From Vicinamibacterales bacterium (GTDB lineage: Bacteria > Acidobacteriota > Vicinamibacteria > Vicinamibacterales > UBA8438), in assembly GCA_965263195.1 (NCBI GenBank), contig OZ253664.1, positions 1,763,949-1,827,948 on the forward strand: a DNA stretch of 64,000 nt, given 5' to 3'. The notes under the pieces are model-generated. The model saw only the letters and a program-made list of their open reading frames with translations. It was not told the DNA's origin and did no database searches. This document shows, piece by piece, positions 30,008-40,513 of this stretch. The translations under genes and the position numbers were made by a program. Positions within the stretch are counted from its first letter, which is position 1. Each line of letters begins with the position of its first letter.

Positions 30008-30016
30008 GCAGTCCGT

Positions 30017-31171
30017 CTAGCCGTCCGCGGCGATGCGCCGCAGCAATCCGGCGACCAACGCGGCGCGCCACGGCATCTGGCCCACGTCGACATGCTCGTG
30101 GAGCGCGTGCGCACCGTCGCCGACCGCCCCCAGGCCGTCGAGCGTGGGCACGCCGAGCGCCGCGGTGAAGTTGCCGTCCGACCCGCCGCCGGCCGCACCC
30201 TCCGCCAGGTCGCGGCCGAGCGCGCGCGCCACCTCGCGGGCCAGGCCGTACAGGCGCGCCACGCCCGCGGTGCGCTCCAGCGGCGGCCGGCTGAAGCCGC
30301 CGCCGAGGACAAGGGCGGTCCGCCGGTCGCGCGACTGCAACTGCCGCATGGCCACCTCGACGCGGCGCGCGTCCTCTGCGGATTGGACGCGCACGTCCAC
30401 CACCGCGCGCGCATGCTCGGCAACCACGTTCGGCCGGCTGCCGCCCGCGACCAGGCCGACGTTCACGGTGACGCCGCGCGCCGGATCGGCGAGCGCGTCA
30501 AGCGCGCCAATCTGCGCCGCCAACTCGGAGATCGCGCTCGCGCCCTTCTCCGGCTCGAGGCCGGCGTGCGACGCAACGCCGCGGACCAGCAATTCGAATT
30601 CGCCGGAGCCCTTGCGGCAGGTCTTCAGGGCGCCCCCGGGGAGCGCCGGCTCCAGGACGCAGACCGCGTCGGAGCGGCGCGCTTCCGCCTCAACAAGCGC
30701 CCGCGACGCACCGCTCCCGCGCTCCTCATCGGCGGTCAGCAGCAGCACCACGCGTCGGCCCAGGTCCACCTCCGGCCGCGTAACCGCCGCGGCGGCCAGC
30801 ATGCCGATGGCAATCCCGGCCTTCATGTCGAAAACGCCCGGGCCGTACAAGCGGTCGCCGTCCCGTCGAATCGGCATCCGCTCTATCTGCCCGACCGGCC
30901 AGACGGTGTCGATGTGACCGAGCAGCAGTATCTGGCCGGCGCCGCTGCCGAACGTGGCGCGCAGGTGGTCGCCGGTCGTACCCGACGGCACGGCGTCAAC
31001 TGCGGCGTCCAACGCCTCCATGCGCTTGGCGACTTCGCGGCCGCAACGGTCCACCGCCGCCTTGTCCGGTGTCGGTGACTCCAGATTGACCAGCGCCGTC
31101 GTCGTCTCGACCAGCCAGTCCCGTCGCGACGTGCAGAACGCGAGCAGCCCGCTCATCTCATCATTTGACAT
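30017..31171 (-). CDS. M20-family metallopeptidase (carboxypeptidase G2 / acetylornithine deacetylase-like)
   Basis: LLLGHIDTVWP, GPGVFDMKAG and LLLTADEERGS are M20 metal-site motifs. The ATG at 31171 (MSNDEMSGLLAF..) is preferred over the track start at 31279. Confidence 0.85.
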   Translation of the reverse strand: MSNDEMSGLLAFCTSRRDWLVETTTALVNLESPTPDKAAVDRCGREVAKRMEALDAAVDAVPSGTTGDHLRATFGSGAGQILLLGHIDTVWPVGQIERMPIRRDGDRLYGPGVFDMKAGIAIGMLAAAAVTRPEVDLGRRVVLLLTADEERGSGASRALVEAEARRSDAVCVLEPALPGGALKTCRKGSGEFELLVRGVASHAGLEPEKGASAISELAAQIGALDALADPARGVTVNVGLVAGGSRPNVVAEHARAVVDVRVQSAEDARRVEVAMRQLQSRDRRTALVLGGGFSRPPLERTAGVARLYGLAREVARALGRDLAEGAAGGGSDGNFTAALGVPTLDGLGAVGDGAHALHEHVDVGQMPWRAALVAGLLRRIAADG

Positions 31172-31226
31172 GGACTCTTCCCTGCACCGGCCGGCGGGGT
31201 TGCGCCGCGTTGCGGCCGCCCGCATA

Positions 31227-31724
31227 ATGGAATTCGTGCCTCCGAAGCGCGCGGTCGCCGCCCTGTCGCTGTTCTGCATCTGCCTGACGCCGGCAGCGCC
31301 GGCGTGGTCGGCTCAGCAGGATGCAGTGGCTGCCGATCAGGCCGCGGCCGAGCAGTCGCCGACCGCGGAGACGCTCGGCTTCCCGATCTACCCGAGTGCC
31401 CGGTTCCTCCGATCGTACGACGCCGGGCAGGGTCAGCGTTACTACCTGTTCGGTACCGACTCCACATTTGTGGACATGGTCAACTACTATCGCCTGTTGT
31501 TGGAAGAGCGTGGCGACCGTGTCTTCGATGCGCCGGCCACGCACATCTTCGAAGTGGGGCGTTTTCGTGAGGAGAGCATGGCGTTCCCGCCCGGCGTGAC
31601 CATCAAGGACTATACCTGGAACGGCGCGGAAGGCTACCTCCATGCGGGGGGCGAAGCCGGGCCGGAGCGGTACGGCACCATCATCCAGATCGTTCCGGCG
31701 CCGCCAACCCCGCCAGACCGCTAG
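31227..31724 (+). CDS. hypothetical secreted protein
   Basis: The ATG at 31227 gives MEFVPPKRAVAALSLFCICLTPAAPAWSAQQ, a signal peptide with an AWS|A cleavage site. The protein is 165 aa with no family I recognise. The stop TAG is part of a CTAG repeat terminus. Confidence 0.6.
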   Translation: MEFVPPKRAVAALSLFCICLTPAAPAWSAQQDAVAADQAAAEQSPTAETLGFPIYPSARFLRSYDAGQGQRYYLFGTDSTFVDMVNYYRLLLEERGDRVFDAPATHIFEVGRFREESMAFPPGVTIKDYTWNGAEGYLHAGGEAGPERYGTIIQIVPAPPTPPDR

Positions 31725-31812
31725 GAGTGGCAAAAGCCCCGCTGCGCCTGATGGCTGCAGGAGTGTGAGGTGCGGATGCCGTCCGCGGCTCGCACTGATC
31801 AGACATATTGGA
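31721..31812. repeat. truncated/degenerate copy of the MITE/REP-like family
   Basis: CTAGGAGTGGCAAAAGCCCCGCTGCGCC matches the arm CTAGCAGCCTGTGGCAAAAGCCCCGCTGCATTC. The remainder has diverged, with ..TCAGACATATTGG possibly a core remnant. Confidence 0.45.
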
Positions 31813-31816
31813 ACGG

Positions 31817-34567
31817 TCAGGACAGAACGCCCTTGTGCAACGCGTAGCGGACGGCGTCGTTCCGTCTGGAGACGCCGGTCCTCCGGTATATCTTCTTCAG
31901 GTGATAACGTACGCCTTCGTCGCTGATCCCAAGGTGCTCCGCGATTACCTTGTTCCGGTGGCCGCGGCGCACCTCCGCCAGTATTTCCAGCTCCCGCGAC
32001 GTGAATTCGGGCGCAACCGTGGCGGACCGTTTCCCCAGACTCGCCAGTATGGATTCGACGGTCTCTTGGAGGTCTCCGTGCGGGTTTCCGGTTAGATATT
32101 GTTGCAGCACGGTCAGGCTCACATCCCGGTGGCGTTCCAGCGGCCTGATGTAGTCAACGTCACGCGCACGGCTGAGGAATTCGACCAATCGCTTGAGCGC
32201 CAGCTCCGGTTGTCTGGCGTGGTGGGCAACGACCATCGACAACGCCAGGCTCCGCATGACGGTGCGCATCAGACCGCGCGCCGAGGCCGTGCGGTATATG
32301 GCGTTCGCGAGCGCGCCCGCGGCGTCGAAATCACCCTTCCCGACCAGCAACCGCACGCGCGCGCATGACAGCGCCTCCATCGTCCGCCAGGACCGGGTGT
32401 CCAGGTCCAACAGCTCCGCGTCGGCATGGGGCAGACCGTAGTTCCGCCACGCGTACCCCGCCTCGTCAGACTGTCCGGTCTCCGCCAGATAGGACGCCAA
32501 CAGCGCGGCCAGGTAGTGCGAAACGTGCCCGATGCCCGCTGCCCGCGCCTCGTCGATCGTGTGCGTCAGGAGCTTCACGACCGCTTGGCCGTCATATTGT
32601 GCGAACGTCAATTCCGCGTGAACTGCGACTGCCGCGGCATAGATGTCGATCCATCCGCTCCGCAGCTCGGTCATGCCTCGCAGCGTACGCTGCTGAAGGG
32701 CTTTCTTGCGGTTCCGCTCCAGATCGAGCTCGATGGTCACGACGTCGGTGCTGGCCGAAAGGTAGGGATCGGACGGAAAGTATTTGCGGGCACCCTGCCG
32801 AGCACGCCTGTACCAATCGGCGGCATCCCGCGGCCTTCCCTGCGCCATCGCGACCATCCCCAGGGAGATACTTATGTAGATGTCGCCATACGGCGCATCC
32901 TCGCCGAAGTATGCCTGCGCCTGCATCCCGTGCCGGCGACTCTCCTCGAAGCGGGCGCGTCCGTAGCTGGCACCGCAGCGCAGGGCGTGCCGGACGGCGG
33001 GGTTGAACCAGGAGGACTCGCCATCGCCAGGGACGGTCTCGTCGTCCGGCAGTTTCGCGTCGAACTCAGTTTGCTGCAGCCGGCACGTGCCGCCCAACAG
33101 TGCGACTTGGGTGAAGACTCCGTCGAAGGACAACGCCTCAACATCGCCGCCGTCCCGGTCCCGCGTGAAGCCCTCTGTTCTGCGCGCGACGTCTTCGTAC
33201 AGGGCGGCGGCCTTATCGAACTTGAAGGCCAGCTTGAGGAAAACGCAGTGGAGAAGCGCCAACCGCGGATAGGCCTCTATGCTCTCCGGCGTCAGGAACC
33301 GAGCGGCGGAAACGACCTGCGCCAACCCCCCACGCACCCAAAGCCCGACCACGCCGACACTCTCGATCAGCTCCCCCACAAGCCGAACGTCACCTGCCGC
33401 GTTCGCGTGCCGCCACGCCGGCGTGAGCTGGCTGCGGCGCGTCAGCGCCCGCGCGATCCGGGTGTGCAGGGTCCGTTTGCGAGCCGGATCCTCCACCGCG
33501 AAGCGCGCGACGCAATATTCCCGAACGAGCGGGTGCAAGAGCTGCACGGTGTCGTTGTCGTCGCTGGGCAACAAGAGACCGTCCAGCGATGACAACGCAG
33601 CTATCCGCAGGCGGGCGTCACTCGATCCCAATACCTCGTCCACGAGATCCGCCTCGATCCAATCGAAGACCGCCAGATCAAGCAGGAACGTGCGATCCGC
33701 CGCCGACAGATCGCGCAGCAGGCGCACGCCGACAAAGTTCGACGTCAGGCTTGCGGCGTCCGCCCCCGGCTGCCCAGCCTCCCGGACCTGCATGTTGCGA
33801 TAGACCACCAGTGCAACCGGCCAGCCGGCTGTCCGCTTCTCAACCGCCGCCAACTTGCGCCGCGACAGGTCGCCGTGGAAGAACTGTGCGATCTCATGCT
33901 TGGAAAAACGAAACGCACGCGGCCCCACGATGATGGCGGAGCCGTCGAGAATATGTGCGGCCAGATCCAGCCCTGGATTGGATCGGAATGCCGCAGCAAA
34001 GTGCAGGTTCGGCGGCGCGCGCTTCAACAGCAGATCGATCAACCCCACCGCGTGGCTCGGCAGCCGCTCCACTTCATCGAGTACCAGCAGGCACGGCGCA
34101 GCATGCCGCTCGATGGCGCGGGCCAGCATCCCGATCTGACACGCAATCGGCGAAGACAACCACGCACCCTGAGCAGCCATGACCGCGAGATCCAGCCCGG
34201 CATGTTCGAGTGCGTAGGCGATGTAGCTCCCGAACAAGTCCGGCGTATCGTCCTCGTCCAGCGTGAGCCATCCGACGACGAGCCCCTGATCCTTCTTCCT
34301 GCGGCTGACATCCGCCAGCACGGTCGTTTTGCCGAACCCGGCTGGTGCCTGCAGCGCGGTGAGCCGTCGCTGCAGCGCCGAATCGATTTGTTCCAGTAGC
34401 AGCGGACGGCGCAGGTATTCCGGCGGCGGCGGCGGCGCGACAACCTTCGCCTTCAACAACCAGGGCGGGAGAACTCCGGGAACGGAGGACTTACCAACGC
34501 TGGCGGCCCCAGTGGCATCTGACAGCATTCCGGTGGCGATCTGCCGGGCTACGGAATATGACGGCAT
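31817..34567 (-). CDS. LuxR-family large ATP-binding (LAL/MalT-like STAND) transcriptional regulator, paralog 1
   Basis: 916 aa with Walker A LQAPAGFGKTTVL and Walker B CLLVLDEVERL. A long helical/TPR-like sensor region is followed by a C-terminal LuxR HTH (SRELEILAEVRRGHRNKVIAEHLGISDEGVRYHLKKIYRRTGVSRRNDAV). Confidence 0.88.
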   Translation of the reverse strand: MPSYSVARQIATGMLSDATGAASVGKSSVPGVLPPWLLKAKVVAPPPPPEYLRRPLLLEQIDSALQRRLTALQAPAGFGKTTVLADVSRRKKDQGLVVGWLTLDEDDTPDLFGSYIAYALEHAGLDLAVMAAQGAWLSSPIACQIGMLARAIERHAAPCLLVLDEVERLPSHAVGLIDLLLKRAPPNLHFAAAFRSNPGLDLAAHILDGSAIIVGPRAFRFSKHEIAQFFHGDLSRRKLAAVEKRTAGWPVALVVYRNMQVREAGQPGADAASLTSNFVGVRLLRDLSAADRTFLLDLAVFDWIEADLVDEVLGSSDARLRIAALSSLDGLLLPSDDNDTVQLLHPLVREYCVARFAVEDPARKRTLHTRIARALTRRSQLTPAWRHANAAGDVRLVGELIESVGVVGLWVRGGLAQVVSAARFLTPESIEAYPRLALLHCVFLKLAFKFDKAAALYEDVARRTEGFTRDRDGGDVEALSFDGVFTQVALLGGTCRLQQTEFDAKLPDDETVPGDGESSWFNPAVRHALRCGASYGRARFEESRRHGMQAQAYFGEDAPYGDIYISISLGMVAMAQGRPRDAADWYRRARQGARKYFPSDPYLSASTDVVTIELDLERNRKKALQQRTLRGMTELRSGWIDIYAAAVAVHAELTFAQYDGQAVVKLLTHTIDEARAAGIGHVSHYLAALLASYLAETGQSDEAGYAWRNYGLPHADAELLDLDTRSWRTMEALSCARVRLLVGKGDFDAAGALANAIYRTASARGLMRTVMRSLALSMVVAHHARQPELALKRLVEFLSRARDVDYIRPLERHRDVSLTVLQQYLTGNPHGDLQETVESILASLGKRSATVAPEFTSRELEILAEVRRGHRNKVIAEHLGISDEGVRYHLKKIYRRTGVSRRNDAVRYALHKGVLS

Positions 34568-34788
34568 CTACCTATTCGGACGCTTCCACCCCATCCTCGG
34601 GGTTCAACCGTTCTGCAGATCGCGCAATCGAATCGACTGCCGCCGCCGCCCGGTCCTCCGTCACGCGCCGTGAGGCCCGCGCCGGAATGCGACCGGCGGG
34701 CTGCTGGATGGCGGGTTGGTGTCGCGGTGGTGGAAGAGCCGCTCATTGGTGGGTCGGACATGGAGCGGCAGTGCGAGAGCGTGGAGGG

Positions 34789-34843
34789 CTAGCAGTCCGT
34801 CGCGACACTCCGCATCGCACCGAGAGCGGCCAGGTGAGGCGCC
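34789..34843. repeat. solo left arm of the MITE/REP-like family
   Basis: CTAGCAGTCCGTCGCGACACTCCGCATCGCACCGAGAGCGGCCAGGTGAGGCGCC aligns to the left arm plus the adjacent GGCGAGGCGC segment of the copies at 14356 and 48052. No matching right arm was seen. Confidence 0.5.
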
Positions 34844-34978
34844 AACCAACGATTTCGCGGGCGTCGTGGACCTGGGAGTTGGTATCCCACACGCGTCGGT
34901 TGCGCCTGGCTTGCGTTTATCACCAGCCCGATCCTCTCAACAGATCGAGACTTCGAATGACCCGGGGCGGTTCAGCTG

Positions 34979-37762
34979 TCAGGACAGCATCCCCTTGGCC
35001 TGCGCGTAACGTACGGCGTCGAGCCGTCTGGAGACGCCTGTCTTGCGGTAGATCTTCTTCAGGTGGTAGCGAACGCCTTCGTCGGTGATGCCCAGGCGTT
35101 CGGCGATTTCCTTGTTGCGGCGACCGTGGCGGACCTCCATCAGCACCTCCAGCTCGCGCGACGAGAAACCCTGTGCCTTGGCGGCGGCCGGTTCGGCGAG
35201 GTGTGCGAGCGCAGCCTCGGCAGTCTCTCGCAGCTCCGCGTCGAGATCCCCGGCGAGCAGTTGTCGCAGGACGGTCGCGCTTACGTCGCCGTGGCGCACG
35301 AGCGGCCGGATGTAGTCCGCTTCGCGCAACCGGCGGAGGAATTCGACGAGCCATTTGACGGCCCGATCCGGCTGTGCGGCATGGTGGGCGACAACCATTG
35401 ACAGCGCGAGGCTCCGCATGGCCGTGCGTACCAGACCATGCGCCGACGCCGTGCGATTCACATGGCTGGCGAGCTCACCGGCCGCGTCGAGGTCTCCCTG
35501 CGCGATCAACAACCGGACGCGCGCACAACACAGCGCCTCCATCGTCCGCCAGGAATGGCCGTCGAGATCGAGCAGCTCCGCTGCACTGCAGGGCAGCGCG
35601 GCGTTCCGCCACACGTTTCCAGCCTCCTCGGAGCGGCCGATCTCAACCAGGTAGGAAGCCAGTAGCGCCGACAAATAGTGCAACAGGTTGTCATTGCCCA
35701 TCGCCCGCGCGCCGTCAATCCTGCGCGTCAGCAGTGTGACGACCGCGTGGCTGTCGCTCTGTTCGAACGTCAATTCGGCGCGCACGGCCACGGTCGCGGC
35801 ATAGAGGTCGATCCATCCGCGCATCTCGGTCATGCCTTGCAGCGTCCGCTGTTGAATGGCTTTGCCGCGGTTCCGCTCGAGATCGAGTTCGATCGTCATG
35901 ACATCGATGTTTACCGAGAGGTAGGGGTCGGAGGGAAAATACTTCCTGGCGCCCTGCCGTGCGCGGCGGTACCACTCGGTGGCCTCTCGCACACGTCCTT
36001 GCGCCATGGCGGCCATACCGAGGCAAATGCTCACGAATATGCTGCCGTACCGCGCGTCTTCCCCGAAACGGGCCCGTGCCTGCATGCCATGCTGGCGGGC
36101 CTCCTCGAAACGGCCGCGCTCGTAGCAGGCAACGCAGCACACCATGTGCCGGGCACCCAGCCTGAACGACGCAAATTCGTTGTCGCCGGGGGTGGTCACG
36201 TTGGCGGGGAAGGCCGTATCGAACTCGCCGTGCTCCGATCGGCACGGCCCCCCCGCCAATACCAACTCCGTGAAGACCTGGTCGACGGACAGTGCAGCTG
36301 CATCGCCGCCATCCCGGTCGCGCGTGAACCCGTCGGTCTTCCGCGCTACCACCTCGTACAGCGTGGCCGCCTCGTCGAACTTCGACAACAGGTTGAGAAA
36401 GACGCAGCGCAGGAGCGCGAGCCGCGGATAACGTTCCGTAATCTCCGGAGTCAGGAACTGCCCGGCCGAAACTACCCGCACCAGCCCCTCCCGCAACCAC
36501 AACCTGGCTACGCCGACCTCTTCGATGAGTCGGCCCACCAGCCCGCTGTCACCTGCCTCGCTGGCGTGACGGCAGGCCGGCGTCAATTGACCCCGGCGCG
36601 CCAGCGCCAGCGCAATCCGCGTATGCAGCGACCGCTTGCGGACCGGGTATTCGACCGCGAACCGCTCGACGCAATACTCCCGAACGAGCGGGTGCAGGCG
36701 CCGCACGGTGCTGTCATGATCCATAGGCAACAGCAGGCCGTCGAGAGACGACAGCGTGGCGATCCGCAGGCGCGCATCGCTCGATCCGAGCACCTCGTCC
36801 ACCAGATCCGCCTCGATCCAGTCGAAGACCGCCAGATCGAGCAGGAATGTGCGGTCCTCGGCCGAGAGATCGCGCAGCAACCGCACGCCGATGAAGTTCG
36901 AGGTGAGTCTCGCGGTGTCCGCTCCGGGTTGTCCCACCTCGCCGGACCGCATGTTGCGGTAGACCATCAACGCAACCGGCCAGCCAGCCGTACGCTCCGC
37001 GACCACCGCCAGCTTGCGTCGCGAAAGATCTCCGTCGAAGAACCGGGCGATCTCGGGTTTCGAGAAACGGAACTCCTGTGCACTGACGATGACCGCCGAG
37101 CCCTCGAGAACGTGCGGCGCCAGGTCCAGTCCCGGATTGGACCGGAACGCCAGGGCAAAATGGAGATTGGGCGGCGCGCGCTTCACCAGCAGGTCTATCA
37201 GCGCCACGGTGCTGGCCGGCAGACGATCGACCTCGTCGAGTACCAGCAGGCACGCCGCCGCATGCAACTCGATCGCGCGCGCCAGCATCCCGATCTGATG
37301 CGCAATCGGCGACGAAGACCAGCCGTCATGGCTGGCCAGGCTCGCGAGGTCCAGCCCGGCGTGCTCGAACGCATACGCGATGTAGCTCCCGAATACGTTC
37401 GGCACATCGTCCTCGTCCAACGACAACCATCCGACGACGAGCCCCTGCTCTTTCTTCCTGCGGCTCACGTCGGCCAGCACGGTCGTCTTGCCGAATCCGG
37501 CCGGCGCCTGCAGCGCGGTGACCCGCCGGTCGAGCACCGCGTCGATTTGTTGCAGCAGCGACGAACGGTAGACATATCCCGGCGTCGCTGCCGGCACCAT
37601 CACCTTCGCCTTCAGCAACCAGGGCGGGACAACGCTGGAAACAGGGCCTTCACGAAGGGCGCCGGCGGCAGCAGTGTCTGACGGTTCTCCGGAAGCAGCT
37701 CGTCGAGCTGTACGGGAAGACGAGGTACGTTTGAGCCGACCCGTCGTCTCATCCACATCCAA
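34979..37762 (-). CDS. LuxR-family large ATP-binding (LAL/MalT-like STAND) transcriptional regulator, paralog 2
   Basis: 927 aa, collinear with paralog 1 over its full length; I estimate roughly 70% amino-acid identity by eye. It has the same Walker A/B and LuxR HTH (SRELEVLMEVRHGRRNKEIAERLGITDEGVRYHLKKIYRKTGVSRRLDAV). The start (TTG at 37762) is uncertain. Confidence 0.88.
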   Translation of the reverse strand: MDVDETTGRLKRTSSSRTARRAASGEPSDTAAAGALREGPVSSVVPPWLLKAKVMVPAATPGYVYRSSLLQQIDAVLDRRVTALQAPAGFGKTTVLADVSRRKKEQGLVVGWLSLDEDDVPNVFGSYIAYAFEHAGLDLASLASHDGWSSSPIAHQIGMLARAIELHAAACLLVLDEVDRLPASTVALIDLLVKRAPPNLHFALAFRSNPGLDLAPHVLEGSAVIVSAQEFRFSKPEIARFFDGDLSRRKLAVVAERTAGWPVALMVYRNMRSGEVGQPGADTARLTSNFIGVRLLRDLSAEDRTFLLDLAVFDWIEADLVDEVLGSSDARLRIATLSSLDGLLLPMDHDSTVRRLHPLVREYCVERFAVEYPVRKRSLHTRIALALARRGQLTPACRHASEAGDSGLVGRLIEEVGVARLWLREGLVRVVSAGQFLTPEITERYPRLALLRCVFLNLLSKFDEAATLYEVVARKTDGFTRDRDGGDAAALSVDQVFTELVLAGGPCRSEHGEFDTAFPANVTTPGDNEFASFRLGARHMVCCVACYERGRFEEARQHGMQARARFGEDARYGSIFVSICLGMAAMAQGRVREATEWYRRARQGARKYFPSDPYLSVNIDVMTIELDLERNRGKAIQQRTLQGMTEMRGWIDLYAATVAVRAELTFEQSDSHAVVTLLTRRIDGARAMGNDNLLHYLSALLASYLVEIGRSEEAGNVWRNAALPCSAAELLDLDGHSWRTMEALCCARVRLLIAQGDLDAAGELASHVNRTASAHGLVRTAMRSLALSMVVAHHAAQPDRAVKWLVEFLRRLREADYIRPLVRHGDVSATVLRQLLAGDLDAELRETAEAALAHLAEPAAAKAQGFSSRELEVLMEVRHGRRNKEIAERLGITDEGVRYHLKKIYRKTGVSRRLDAVRYAQAKGMLS

Positions 37763-38184
37763 TCGGTCTACGCCTCGTACGATCTACTCAACTGTAAACG
37801 CCAAATCGTCCCGCTGCTGGGCGCCCCGGCGGCTGCGCGCGACGCCATTCGCACCTGGCGGGGTCGGCACGCCATGCAGCCGCGAGACCTGTCGTGCCCA
37901 TGACTTTCTCCGGTGCCAGCAGGGACGTGGTGGCCTGTGACGATGTCGTCGACAGAGTGGAAGCAGCAAAGAGCCAGGAAACCCTTTTCCGGCGCGGTCC
38001 CGACTCACATCCGCTCGGCGACATCCCGTCGCCTGCACGAGTCTTGACCGTAGCGAGCACCGCCGACAAGGTAGCGGCGAGCCAAAAGCCGGTAGCCGGC
38101 GACTCGGCCAGTCGTATTCACAAACTACTGATACGTTGCGCTCAACGCGGTGGGAATTGGGACGACGGTAGCGCGCTAGCGCGG

Positions 38185-39906
<1,722 letters not shown>

Positions 39907-40019
39907 TCACGCGGACGGTGTAGCTGCAAGCGGCGACTTCGGCGCCGGGCCGCAACCGGCGGCACTGACTATATTACGCCTGCACCCGCGGGCGCGGCGG
40001 GCACGGTGCACTACGGCAC

Positions 40020-40030
40020 TATAGTAGAAT
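40020..40030 (+). promoter_or_regulatory. -10-like elements (TATAGT / TAGAAT) immediately upstream of rpiB
   Basis: TATAGTAGAAT occupies 40020-40030. TAGAAT ends 6 nt before the rpiB ATG at 40037, so a start site at or next to the A of the ATG is plausible. No good -35 was seen. Confidence 0.35.
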
Positions 40031-40036
40031 TCGACG

Positions 40037-40513
40037 ATGCGGATCGCGCTGGGAGCCGACCATGCCGGCGTCGATCTCAAGACGCGGGTCAAGCAGTTCC
40101 TCGACCGCCAGCGCCTCGATCACGAGGACTTCGGACCGCACACAACCGAATCGGTCGACTACCCGGACTACGCCGCCCGCGTGGCCCACAGCGTCGCTTC
40201 AGGATCGTGCGATCGGGGCGTTCTGATCTGCGGCAGCGGGATCGGTATGGCAATCGCCGCCAACAAGGTCCGGGGCGTCCGCGCGGCGCCGGTCACCACG
40301 CCGGACGCGGCGCGTCTGGCGCGCAGGCACAACGACGCCAACGTGCTGGCGCTCGGCGCCCGCACCCTTGAGGTGGATGACGCGCTCGCCATCGTCGAGA
40401 CATTCCTGGCCGAACCGTTCGAGGGCGGGCGGCACCAGCGCCGGGTGGACAAGATTTCCACGGCCGAAGCGAGCCTCGTCGATCGGCCGCACAGGACGGA
40501 TACTGCCCCATGA
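40037..40513 (+). CDS. rpiB: ribose-5-phosphate isomerase B
   Basis: 158 aa; [15 protein letters not shown].., [38 protein letters not shown]. Confidence 0.92.
   Translation: MRIALGADHAGVDLKTRVKQFLDRQRLDHEDFGPHTTESVDYPDYAARVAHSVASGSCDRGVLICGSGIGMAIAANKVRGVRAAPVTTPDAARLARRHNDANVLALGARTLEVDDALAIVETFLAEPFEGGRHQRRVDKISTAEASLVDRPHRTDTAP

Noticed and set aside
31817-37762. The two STAND ATPases as an Avs/NLR-like anti-phage defence pair.
   Set aside because: Both end in a LuxR HTH and have no nuclease, protease, TIR or other effector domain, and no partner effector gene is adjacent. The architecture is that of classical LAL/MalT-type transcription regulators. A defence-related regulon cannot be excluded.
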